Source: an uncultured virus (IMG/VR IMGVR_UViG_3300014826_000102)
Lineage: Duplodnaviria > Heunggongvirae > Uroviricota > Caudoviricetes
Length of the DNA stretch: 64,000 bases
Direction: 5' to 3' (one strand)
Virus record (IMG/VR): IMGVR_UViG_3300014826_000102
The notes below the pieces were generated by a model, which saw nothing but the letters and a program-made list of their open reading frames with translations, had not been told where the DNA came from and made no database searches. Positions 9,778 through 18,929 of the stretch are shown here, in pieces; the first letter of the stretch is position 1; each line of letters starts with the position of its first letter. A program made the position numbers and the translations under genes.

Positions 9778-10179
9778 ATGACTAAGAAACAGGTCATAGA
9801 GAGAGACGAAAACGGACAGCCGATTATTGACGTAGCCCAGGAGGAAATACAGGCCGAGATACAGGTTAGTATTGACAAGCTGTTGGCAAAGCGCGAGGAA
9901 GCCCGTAAGAAGTACGGTAAGCTAAAGCGTACCACCTTTGAAGTTATCGAAGATAAAGGGCTGATGAATCCCGAAAGCCTGTTTGAAGAAAACAAGAAGA
10001 TCGAGGCTAAAGAATCCAAGTTAAGTGCAGCAGAGCGTCAGTTTGTACAGCAAATCGTTTTGCTTTCGATGCAGGTAGTATTTGAGCGTAAGATTAAGGA
10101 GGCCCGGGAAGCAGCAGCCGAGTTGGATAAACCCGTATTGCCAAAGAGGAAAAGAGCAAAGAAAAACAATAAGAGGTAA
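9778..10179 (+). CDS. Hypothetical helical protein
   Basis: ORF in operon. Confidence 0.6.
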   Translation: MTKKQVIERDENGQPIIDVAQEEIQAEIQVSIDKLLAKREEARKKYGKLKRTTFEVIEDKGLMNPESLFEENKKIEAKESKLSAAERQFVQQIVLLSMQVVFERKIKEAREAAAELDKPVLPKRKRAKKNNKR

Positions 10180-10184
10180 TCAGT

Positions 10185-12137
10185 ATGCGAGAATTAGGAA
10201 TAGACATAGAGACTTACAGCAGCAACGATCTTGTGAATTGTGGAGTTTACAAGTACGTTGAGGCCCCAGACTTTACTATATTGCTTTTTGCCTATAGTGT
10301 TGATGGCGGCCCCGTCGTATGCGTTGACTTTGCGACGGGTGAGAAATTGCCAGACGATGTATTTGCAGCCCTGACAGACCCCGACGTTACCAAGACAGCG
10401 TTTAACGCAGCTTTTGAAAGAATCTGTATTAGCGTCTATTTCTTTGGCGGTAAGTTGTTAGACCCGAAGCAATGGCGTTGTACGATGGTGTTAGCAGCCC
10501 GTATGGGTTTACCCCTATCGTTAGGTCAGTGTGGCGAAGTGCTGCATTTAGCAGAGGGTAAAATGACAGAGGGTAAGGCCCTAATACGTTACTTTAGTGT
10601 ACCTGGTAAGAACGGTAAGCGGCATTTGCCAAGTGATGCGCCCGATAAGTGGGACACGTTCAAGAAATACAATATCAGGGACGTAGAGATAGAACAGGCC
10701 ATTAAAAGAAAGGTGCAGCGTCTAAAACCCGCTGACTTTGACGAAGAGTTGTACGTAGCCGATCAGGAAATAAACGACAGAGGCGTTAAGATAGATCGTA
10801 CCCTGGTTGATGCAGCGGCCCGTTTCGATGATGAATACAAAGCGCAGCTATTAGCAGAGGCACAGCAGCTAACGGGTATGGAGAATCCTAACAGCCCGGC
10901 ACAGATTAAGGAGTATATCAAGAATACTACAGGCTTTACCGTAGAGACCTTGAATAAAGGAAACCTTGATACCTTAGACGAAAAGCTGATCTATTGGCCG
11001 AAAGCACAGAGGGTGATAGCCATACGTAGGGAAATGGGTAAGACCTCAAATAAGAAGTATGAGGCTATGCAGAAATGCGTTTGCAAGGATGGCAGAATAC
11101 ACGGGCTTTTGCAGTTTTGCGGTGCAGCCCGTACAGGTCGATGGGCGGGCCGTCTGGTGCAGGTGCAGAACCTACCACAAAACCACCTGGCATCATTGGA
11201 CTTTGCCCGTAGCCTGGTACGCCAGGGTGACTTAGACGAATTTGAAATGAATTACGCCAACGTTACCCAGGTACTTAGCGAACTGATCCGTACGGCTTTC
11301 GTTGCAGAACCCGGTAAGACGTTCCACGTTTGCGACTTTTCCGCTATCGAGTGCCGCGTTATTGCCTGGCTTGCATCCGAGGATTGGGTATTGGATGTTT
11401 TCAGGTCAAATGGTGACATCTATTGCGCCAACGCATCTAAGATGTTCAAAGTACCTGTAGAGAAGCACGGCCAAAACGCGCAGCTACGACAAAAAGGTAA
11501 GATCGCTACCCTGGCTTTGGGCTACGGCGGTGGTGTATCAGCTTTAGAGGCTATGGGCGGTAGCAAGTTAGGGTTAACCGAAGATGAAGAAAAGGAGATC
11601 GTTAAACTTTGGCGTGACAGCAACCCGCGTATAGTAAGAATGTGGGCCGTCATTGAGAAAGCCGCTATTACAGCCATCAAGACAGGCGAAAGCGTGACGG
11701 TGTACCGTAATATCGTAATCGGTAAACGTTGGGGTATGCTGACTATTACGCTACCATCAGGGCGTACTATCTGTTATCCCCGTGCAGAGGTTGAAACAGA
11801 GTATAACGACGGTTGGAGAGGCGACCACGATATTATAGAGTATGAGGGTCTAAACCAGACTACAAAGAAATGGGGTAAGGTTAGAACGTATGGCGGTAAA
11901 CTGACGGAGAACATAGTACAGGCCGTAGCCCGCGACATATTGGGCATAGTCATACTACGTGCAAAGGCAGCAGGGCTTAATATCGTTTTCCACATACACG
12001 ATGAAATCATAGTAGAGGCTACACCCGATCAGACGTTAGCAGACGTTGAGGCTTTGTTTAGCAAGCCGATTGATTGGTGCAGAGACCTACCACTAAAGGG
12101 AGCCGGATATACCACACCGTACTATCTGAAAGACTAA
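10185..12137 (+). CDS. Phage family A DNA polymerase
   Basis: DIETY exonuclease motif, RTGRWAG, DFSAIECRV (motif A), RQKGKIATLALGYG (B), HIHDEI (C). Confidence 0.93.
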   Translation: MRELGIDIETYSSNDLVNCGVYKYVEAPDFTILLFAYSVDGGPVVCVDFATGEKLPDDVFAALTDPDVTKTAFNAAFERICISVYFFGGKLLDPKQWRCTMVLAARMGLPLSLGQCGEVLHLAEGKMTEGKALIRYFSVPGKNGKRHLPSDAPDKWDTFKKYNIRDVEIEQAIKRKVQRLKPADFDEELYVADQEINDRGVKIDRTLVDAAARFDDEYKAQLLAEAQQLTGMENPNSPAQIKEYIKNTTGFTVETLNKGNLDTLDEKLIYWPKAQRVIAIRREMGKTSNKKYEAMQKCVCKDGRIHGLLQFCGAARTGRWAGRLVQVQNLPQNHLASLDFARSLVRQGDLDEFEMNYANVTQVLSELIRTAFVAEPGKTFHVCDFSAIECRVIAWLASEDWVLDVFRSNGDIYCANASKMFKVPVEKHGQNAQLRQKGKIATLALGYGGGVSALEAMGGSKLGLTEDEEKEIVKLWRDSNPRIVRMWAVIEKAAITAIKTGESVTVYRNIVIGKRWGMLTITLPSGRTICYPRAEVETEYNDGWRGDHDIIEYEGLNQTTKKWGKVRTYGGKLTENIVQAVARDILGIVILRAKAAGLNIVFHIHDEIIVEATPDQTLADVEALFSKPIDWCRDLPLKGAGYTTPYYLKD

Positions 12138-12248
12138 AAATGCCTACACGGGCATATAAGTAAGTAAGCCGATAGATTACACCCCGAAGCCCTAAAAACC
12201 GCTTAGAATTGACATTTAACAAAATATTAACATTTAAACGTAAAGAAT

Positions 12249-12497
12249 ATGGAAGAAAAAGTAAAAGTAGTAATTGAAATGGATAAAGAACTTATCCGAA
12301 ACGCCATGCTATTAACGGACATTTCAAGTAAAGGCCCAAAGACAGCAGCAGAACTATTGGAAAAGACTACCGGGGAAATAATACTTAATCCCGAACTCTT
12401 AGGCGATCAGAAAGACCAGATATTATTTGTGTTTGCCGTTGCAGCAATAGGATCGGTAGCCGCTGAATTGGAGAAAAAAGAAAACAACGAAAAATAA
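12249..12497 (+). CDS. Hypothetical protein
   Basis: ORF after intergenic 13-mer box. Confidence 0.55.
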   Translation: MEEKVKVVIEMDKELIRNAMLLTDISSKGPKTAAELLEKTTGEIILNPELLGDQKDQILFVFAVAAIGSVAAELEKKENNEK

Positions 12498-12502
12498 GAA
12501 AT

Positions 12503-12682
12503 ATGATCTACGTAATTATTCTTTTGGTACTATACGTATCAAGTTGGGGCGTTGTATTAGCAAAGCACGGAGAACCGAAAGAGGGAAAATATAACATTTT
12601 CACCTATACTATCTTTCTTGCATTGGAGTTATGGCTACTTTACAAGGGTGGTTTATTTAACGTATTCCTTTCAAGTCAATAA
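12503..12682 (+). CDS. 59-aa two-TM membrane protein (not in ORF track)
   Basis: MIYVIILLVLYVSSWGVVLAKHGEPKEGKYNIFTYTIFLALELWLLYKGGLF... Confidence 0.6.
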   Translation: MIYVIILLVLYVSSWGVVLAKHGEPKEGKYNIFTYTIFLALELWLLYKGGLFNVFLSSQ

Positions 12683-12856
12683 CAATTAAACGTAAAACTT
12701 ATGGCAGCAAAAGAAATAGCAAGCCAGGTACACGAACAAAAGGAGCCTAAAAAAGAAAAGATAATTTGGGTAGCATCCCCATATACGGCGGTTAGTGCCT
12801 GGCTGCAATACAGATTTTAATTAGCACTATTTACAAATAATAAAAACGTAAGAGTT

Positions 12857-13585
12857 ATGACAGAGAATCAAGAATTAAAGATGCAGCTTTTAGATAAGTT
12901 TGCAAACATTGAAAAGCCGGAAACGGTAGATTTCTGCAAAGCCGCTTTTGATTGGTTAGCAGACGAGCCAGAAGAAAATCTGATAGCGAAGCCTACAAAT
13001 GCCCAGGTTAGCGCAGATACAGAAAGTAAGCCCGATGGTATCTACCTGATATTTGAGAGTGGTAAAGCACTACCTTTCGATCCTGATAAGGGCGTAGAAA
13101 GCGACCAGGTAGCAAACGACGGCCCCGTTAAGTATATCGGTATCAAGTGGGGTAGTCATACCCTGGCAGTGGCTTTGCACGATCAGGCAAACAGCGACGA
13201 TATAACGCTGACTGCAAAGAAAGACGATACCGATTACAACGGCTATATAGATAACTATCTGGATGCAGTAGCCGATTGGGACGGTAAGGCCAATACCGAA
13301 CACCTAAAACAGATCGGGCTAAACAAGGATATTACGTTATCTGATAACGAGTACATACCCGCTTTGGGTGAAATGCTGTTTGTATTCCTGAATCGTAAGG
13401 TCGTTAACCAGGCTTTAGAGGCCGTAGGCGGTACGCTCATTGATGGCGTTTGGTATTGGACTTCTACCGAGTACAGCGCGACCAACGCCTGGCTTCTGAA
13501 CCTTAGCAGCGGCCGCGCCAGCTACTACTTCGCTAAGGCTTCGCTCACGCTTCGAGTTCGGCCCGTCTCAGCATTTCAACTTTAA
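12857..13585 (+). CDS. DGR target protein 1 (CLec/DUF1566-like C-terminus) in early region
   Basis: DWDGKANT, YIPALGEM, YWTSTEYSATNAW..RVRPVSAF; carries variable repeat. Confidence 0.85.
   Translation: MTENQELKMQLLDKFANIEKPETVDFCKAAFDWLADEPEENLIAKPTNAQVSADTESKPDGIYLIFESGKALPFDPDKGVESDQVANDGPVKYIGIKWGSHTLAVALHDQANSDDITLTAKKDDTDYNGYIDNYLDAVADWDGKANTEHLKQIGLNKDITLSDNEYIPALGEMLFVFLNRKVVNQALEAVGGTLIDGVWYWTSTEYSATNAWLLNLSSGRASYYFAKASLTLRVRPVSAFQL
13454..13576 (+). repeat. DGR variable repeat VR1
   Basis: Matches 50195-50314 with 12 substitutions and one 3-nt indel. Confidence 0.88.
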
Positions 13586-13611
13586 TCTTTGAACTTGATA
13601 CTTTAATCTTT

Positions 13612-13629
13612 GCCCGGCGAAAGCCGGGC
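13612..13629 (+). other. DGR target-recognition hairpin
   Basis: GCCCGGC-GAAA-GCCGGGC downstream of VR1. Confidence 0.8.
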
Positions 13630-13647
13630 CATAACAAGGCAAACAAG

Positions 13648-13920
13648 ATGAAGATAACAAAGAGCAACAGAAAAGCCCGAATAACAGAGCAAGAGGTTAA
13701 CACGGCTTTGTACGTTTCAAGTGATAGCGATAATAACTATTATTACTATCAGCCGTACAAGGATTTGCCAATACTCTATGAGATAGCCGTACAGGTACGT
13801 ATCTTAGGTTTCTGGTTTACTATCTGGAGTGCAAGCGTAGAAATTTCAGACGGTGACAGCCGGGCTATAATTCAGAAAAGAGCAAGTGAAATAATAGAAT
13901 TATTGGAGGGTATATTATGA
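13648..13920 (+). CDS. Hypothetical protein
   Basis: ORF in operon. Confidence 0.55.
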   Translation: MKITKSNRKARITEQEVNTALYVSSDSDNNYYYYQPYKDLPILYEIAVQVRILGFWFTIWSASVEISDGDSRAIIQKRASEIIELLEGIL

Positions 13921-14037
13921 ACGACGAAACAAAGAAACGCCCTGTTTGGGTGCAGTTGGAATTATTCCCCGAAATGAAAGCCGCTAAAGCGAGGGGGGGG
14001 GGGATCAGTCAGTAACCAATCAAAATGATACAGCCAA

Positions 14038-14187
14038 ATGAAAGCGAAACTTTGCCGTACTTGCATATCATACAGCCCTGATGATGAAACACCGGGCTAC
14101 GGTACTTGCGATCTGACGGACTGCCAGGTATGCGAGTACGCGCAAGATTGCATAGATTGGCGGTATCATAAAATTTGGAGGCCCTGA
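14038..14187 (+). CDS. 49-aa Cys-rich putative metal-binding protein (not in ORF track)
   Basis: MKAKLCRTCISYSPDDETPGYGTCDLTDCQVCEYAQDCIDWRYHKIWRP. Confidence 0.55.
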   Translation: MKAKLCRTCISYSPDDETPGYGTCDLTDCQVCEYAQDCIDWRYHKIWRP

Positions 14188-14402
14188 CAATGGATAAGAA
14201 ACAGCAGCTATACGGAGTTACGGCGATTAACCGATTATCGCACAAACGCGAAATCATTTCTAATGCAGCCGACTTTGAGACTACAGAACGGAAACGTAGG
14301 AGCCTGTTAAAGACCAGGCCGGAGAAACGCCCGTACATCTATCCCCTAACGGTCAAATATCCCAAACAACTTAATTTATTTACAAAGCAGTTAGACGTAT
14401 GA
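14175..14402 (+). CDS. Hypothetical protein
   Basis: Stop overlaps start of the clamp gene. Confidence 0.55.
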   Translation: MEALTMDKKQQLYGVTAINRLSHKREIISNAADFETTERKRRSLLKTRPEKRPYIYPLTVKYPKQLNLFTKQLDV

Positions 14403-15598
14403 AATTCAAAGTAGATAGAAACAGACTTTTGGAGGCTATGCAGAAAGCAAGCCAAGCAGTAACAGGCAAAAGCAGCCGTTTACTAAACGAGATTTACCGA
14501 TGCTTTGTTTTCAAGGCAAGAAATGAAAGTCTAACCGTCACGGCTACCGACGGCGAGATTTATATTAGTACACGGGTTGGTATCAAAAACACCGATGGCG
14601 ATAAAGACTTTGCCCTGTACGCGCCCCAATTCCTGAAAGCCATTAAATCAGTAGACCCACAGGAACTAACGATAGAGGTTTTGGAGTATCAGGTTATTGT
14701 TACGCATGAAGTAGGCAGCTTTGCACTACCATTAACGGACATGAGCGACATGAGCCAAGCACCCTACGCGGACGTGGATAGTAAAAAAGCATTAGACTAC
14801 AGCCGCGTACACCGACACACCTTTGAGGCCCCCGGCTTGCTTTCCATCCTGAATAAGTGCAAATACGCAATGGCCGAAGATGAATTGCGCCCGGTGATGA
14901 ACGGCGTAGTTATGAGCCTCAAGGAAACCCACACCGATTTTGTGGCATCCGACGGACATAAGTTAGTACGCATCCGCAAAGCCTCAATTACTGACAGCCG
15001 CCCCGCAGACTTTATTTTTCCAAAAAAGGTAGTCAATATCCTGTTAAAGATATTGCCTAAGACGGGATTTGTAGATACGTGGTTTAATGAATATGCAGTT
15101 GATTGGAAGAGCGAGGAACACCCCGGAGAGCAAACGCCAAAATCGGGCTGTCTTATGAGCGTTGAGGGTACGGAAATCCTGTTTAAGCCCATACCGGGCC
15201 GCTACCCGAGTTACAACAGCGTAATACCCACTACGTTTACTAAGGAACTGACCATAGACCGCATACAACTTTTGAAGTCGCTACAGCGTCTTAGCCAGTT
15301 CACAGCGGAAAGCGGGCTTATTATATGGAATCTTAACCCTACCCGCCTGATGCTACAGGCCGAAGATACCGATTTTTCGGTAAATGGCAGCGAGACTTTG
15401 CCCTGTACGTACAAAGGCGAGGTTTGCCGGTTAGGATTTAAGGACTATTCGTTTGTTCAGACCCTACAAAATAGTACCGCACCCGAAATCGTAATGAAAG
15501 GCAGCGGAATTACTGCTGCGTTTATTATCGAGCCTATCCCGCAGCCGGATAACGAAGAAGTGACTATGCTACTTATGCCAATGTTAATAAATGACTAA
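14399..15598 (+). CDS. dnaN: DNA polymerase III beta sliding clamp homologue (phage-encoded)
   Basis: LTVTATDGE, DELRPVMNGV, FVASDGHKL, GRYPSYNSVIP, LLMPM C-terminus. Confidence 0.88.
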   Translation: MKFKVDRNRLLEAMQKASQAVTGKSSRLLNEIYRCFVFKARNESLTVTATDGEIYISTRVGIKNTDGDKDFALYAPQFLKAIKSVDPQELTIEVLEYQVIVTHEVGSFALPLTDMSDMSQAPYADVDSKKALDYSRVHRHTFEAPGLLSILNKCKYAMAEDELRPVMNGVVMSLKETHTDFVASDGHKLVRIRKASITDSRPADFIFPKKVVNILLKILPKTGFVDTWFNEYAVDWKSEEHPGEQTPKSGCLMSVEGTEILFKPIPGRYPSYNSVIPTTFTKELTIDRIQLLKSLQRLSQFTAESGLIIWNLNPTRLMLQAEDTDFSVNGSETLPCTYKGEVCRLGFKDYSFVQTLQNSTAPEIVMKGSGITAAFIIEPIPQPDNEEVTMLLMPMLIND

Positions 15599-15603
15599 GA
15601 GGT

Positions 15604-16143
15604 ATGGAAAAAAATAGCGAATTAAAATTTGCCCTTGAAAGTTCACAGGACAAAGGGCAATACCCCGACATCTTTAACGCCGATTTGGGTAACGATTTTC
15701 GTTTAGAAACGAAGCCTGAATATTTCCCGTTTATTGATACGCCGCGCAAAGTCGTAATAGAGATAACAAGTTTTATAGGGGCTTGCGCAGGGGCAGAACA
15801 TTACTACGCAGAAATCCGCGCAGATGGTATTAGTATCTGTAGCAAAGAAATAAGAAACGGAAAAGAGCATACCGTTAGACATGGTGGCTATGTGTGTGAA
15901 GAATACGCCAAACTACCCAAGGAGAAAAAAGATATTTGGGATAGTTGCTACTCAATAGAAGTTACACGCCCTGTTACCCAAGAAATGATAAACGCGAATC
16001 CGAGCCGATGGGAAAACTACGAAGTCGGCTATTGGACTAACGCCTTTGACACCAAAGAAAGCGTTATCGAAGTCGCAAAAAGAATTGTCGCCGCCCGGTT
16101 TACAAAAGATTGGGTAGTAAAGATTGATGATTTAACAGCATAG
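15604..16143 (+). CDS. Hypothetical protein
   Basis: 179-aa ORF. Confidence 0.6.
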   Translation: MEKNSELKFALESSQDKGQYPDIFNADLGNDFRLETKPEYFPFIDTPRKVVIEITSFIGACAGAEHYYAEIRADGISICSKEIRNGKEHTVRHGGYVCEEYAKLPKEKKDIWDSCYSIEVTRPVTQEMINANPSRWENYEVGYWTNAFDTKESVIEVAKRIVAARFTKDWVVKIDDLTA

Positions 16144-16147
16144 CCGT

Positions 16148-17052
16148 ATGAAAGTAACTAATAAACCCGCCAACTTTGACGATAAACTGCAACACAGCAT
16201 CGAACTTTTGCAGAAGTCCGAGGCTTTGGCTTTACGCTACTACGATAAAGGCTTTTATCTGGCTTTCAGCGGTGGCAAAGATAGTCAGGCACTTTATTAC
16301 GTTGCAAAGTTGGCGGGCGTTAAATACGAATCCCACTACAGCCTAACCACGTTAGACCCGCCGGAGTTGGTACGCTTTATCCGCAGAGAGTACCCGGACG
16401 TTATAATAGACCGCCCGGAAATGACCTTTGCCCAACTTTGCTTAAAGAAAAAGGCTTTGCCAACTATGCTAATGCGTTTTTGTTGTGCAGTTCTGAAAGA
16501 AACCAAGGGCGCAAATACCGTTACCCTGACAGGGGTACGCCGTCAGGAATCCGTACAGAGAAGCCACAGGAACGAAGCCGAGTTAGTAACCCGCCGAAAG
16601 GATAAGTTTACCGGCACATTAGAGCAGTTAGACCAATTTACACGAAGCAAAGAAGTTGAGGGCGTACAATGTGTTAGGGGTAATGACAAAATCGTAATTA
16701 ACCCGATTATAGATTGGGTTGAGGCCGACGTTTGGTATTTCCTGAATGAAGTAGTACACGCTAACCATTGCGAGTTATACGATAGAGGTTGGAAACGCAT
16801 TGGCTGTTTGTTTTGCCCGGCGGCAAGCCAAAAAGAAATCGTTATGCAGGGGGGGTATATCCAAAATACAAAGCCCTGATTTTACGAACTATCCACAGGC
16901 TACGCGAAAACGGCTACATGAATAAGTACAGCGACCTAACCGACGAAGAAATTTTCGAGTGGTGGATAAGCAAAGAGAATATGCAAAAGTGGTACTACGA
17001 CCACAAAGTGCAAATGCAGTTGTTTAACATGAACGAATTTAAGAAGATATGA
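16148..17052 (+). CDS. PAPS-reductase-family protein, frameshifted at G7 tract (16849-16855)
   Basis: FSGGKDS PP-loop, RFCC..LKE, GVRRQES..R, RIGCLFCP; C-terminal part (YPKYK..IFEWW) lies in the -1 frame. Confidence 0.8.
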
Positions 17053-17810
17053 TAGTTTTAAGTTTATTCGACGGTATGAGTTGCGGACAAATCGCTTTGC
17101 GCGAATTGGGCTTTACGATAGATACCTACTACGCAAGCGAGGTAGATAAGTTTGCAATCGCTAACACGATGGCGAACTTTCCCGACACGGTGCAGTTAGG
17201 CGACGTGCGAGACATAGACGCAAAGGCGTTAGGACATATCGACTTACTGATAGGCGGTAGCCCGTGCCAAAGTTTTTCCTTTGCCGGAAAGCGGGCGGGC
17301 ATGAGTACAAAGACCAATGAGAAGATACTAACCTTATCCCGGTACATGGAACTAAAGGCACAGGGCTTTGAGTTTGAGGGTCAAAGTTACCTGTTTTGGG
17401 AGTACGTCAGAATCTTACACGAAGTCAGGCAGACTAACCCCAACGTCTATTTCATGTTGGAAAACGTGGAAATGGGCAAGCAATGGGAGGCCGTTATTAA
17501 CGAGGCTTTAGGCATTAGAGGCGTACACATTAACAGCGCGTTGGTATCAGCCCAAGTAAGAAAGCGTATCTATTGGACTAACATTAAGACGTTTCAAACC
17601 GATATGTTTAGCCCGCCTGACAGCGCAATACCGCAGCCGAGAGACAGGGGTATTTTGCTACGGGATATATTGGAAAGCGACGTACCCGAAAGATACTACC
17701 TTAAACCCGAAGTAGTAAAGAATCTGTTAGCGCATAAGGCGCGTAACAAAGAAGCCGGTAACGGCTTTGGCGCAACGCCACGCGGGGGGGGAGAAAATGA
17801 ACGCTCTTAG
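17049..17810 (+). CDS. C5-cytosine DNA methyltransferase, N-terminal part (motifs I-VIII)
   Basis: LSLFDGMSCG, GGSPCQ, LENV, QVRKRIYW; ends just after a G8 tract. Confidence 0.88.
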   Translation: MIVLSLFDGMSCGQIALRELGFTIDTYYASEVDKFAIANTMANFPDTVQLGDVRDIDAKALGHIDLLIGGSPCQSFSFAGKRAGMSTKTNEKILTLSRYMELKAQGFEFEGQSYLFWEYVRILHEVRQTNPNVYFMLENVEMGKQWEAVINEALGIRGVHINSALVSAQVRKRIYWTNIKTFQTDMFSPPDSAIPQPRDRGILLRDILESDVPERYYLKPEVVKNLLAHKARNKEAGNGFGATPRGGGENERS

Positions 17811-18064
17811 AGTTGGCGGCAGATGTGTTTACGACTTAGTGTTAGTAGAAAATGAAAGAGTTTGTAAAGATGGACTATAAAGGTTACGGCGGTTTAGGTA
17901 CACGCCCATACATTGCAGAAGCGAATGAGAATAAAGAATAACAGGGGGGGGGAATTGCCCACCTTGAAAAGAACATAAAACGTAGAAACGAAAAAGCCAA
18001 CGCCCTATTAGCGACATCATACAAAGGAGCGTGGGCGAACGGAACTACACTAATAGTTGAAGAT

Positions 18065-18718
18065 GTGAAAGAGTTTGTAAAGATGAACTACAAAGGCAGG
18101 ATTTCACCTAATCAGGACAAAGCAAATTGCCTATCGACTAAGAACTACCACAGCGATATGGATTTGATTTGTGTTGCCCAAAGAGGCCGAAATTACGGAG
18201 GTAGGACGATGCAGCAACTTGAAACCGCGCCCGATCCGAACAAGACAAATTGCCTTACAACGGTAGCCAAAGACAACCTAATATTGCAGAGACCACGCGG
18301 AGCGAACAAAGGCGGGATGCACATAGACAAGTCGCCTACCCTATCCGCTAACGCATGGGAACAGAACAATTTAGTAGTAGAAATGAAAGAAAAGAGCGTA
18401 AAGCAGATTAACCCAAGCCGGGAATGTAACGGTACACAGCCCCGGCAACAAAACCGCGTATATGATACCGACGGGCAGGCCCCGGCGTTGATGGAGGGCC
18501 ACGGAGGCAGAACTATTAACGTATTGACGGGGGGGGATGCAGCCGAAACGAGAATAAGGAGGCTAACCCCTACGGAGTGCGCCAGCTTGCAGACTATCCC
18601 GGATTGGTACAAATGGGCCGTTTCAGAGACACAACAATACAAGATGTTGGGTAACGGTTGGACGGTTGAGGTTATTAAGCACATACTTTCATTTTTACCC
18701 GATGAACTTAAAAAGTAA
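18065..18718 (+). CDS. C5-cytosine DNA methyltransferase, C-terminal part (variable region and motifs IX-X)
   Basis: RRLTPTECASLQT, YKMLGNGWTV; frame is open upstream to 17942 through a G9 tract. Confidence 0.85.
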   Translation: MKEFVKMNYKGRISPNQDKANCLSTKNYHSDMDLICVAQRGRNYGGRTMQQLETAPDPNKTNCLTTVAKDNLILQRPRGANKGGMHIDKSPTLSANAWEQNNLVVEMKEKSVKQINPSRECNGTQPRQQNRVYDTDGQAPALMEGHGGRTINVLTGGDAAETRIRRLTPTECASLQTIPDWYKWAVSETQQYKMLGNGWTVEVIKHILSFLPDELKK

Positions 18719-18725
18719 TACGGAT

Positions 18726-18929
18726 ATGAGCAAGAAATTTTTTAGTCAGATGGTGAGTGCGTCAATGAACGCCGGATTTGTCAAAATCCTACAGGACAAA
18801 TTAGCCGACAAGGAAAACCCGTTTGAAATGAAAATGAGACGGATAGTTAAAGGCATTTGGGAAGTGAAGATTTACACCGACAAAGAGCATTTGCCATATT
18901 TCAAGAACCTATTAAACAATCTGGTATGA
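18726..18929 (+). CDS. Small hypothetical protein
   Basis: ATG start within ORF 18666-18929; stop overlaps primase start. Confidence 0.5.
   Translation: MSKKFFSQMVSASMNAGFVKILQDKLADKENPFEMKMRRIVKGIWEVKIYTDKEHLPYFKNLLNNLV

Noticed and set aside
13612..13629. Hairpin as an ordinary terminator
   Set aside because: No downstream U-tract, and the same core recurs at the same position after VR2, which fits a DGR cis element better.
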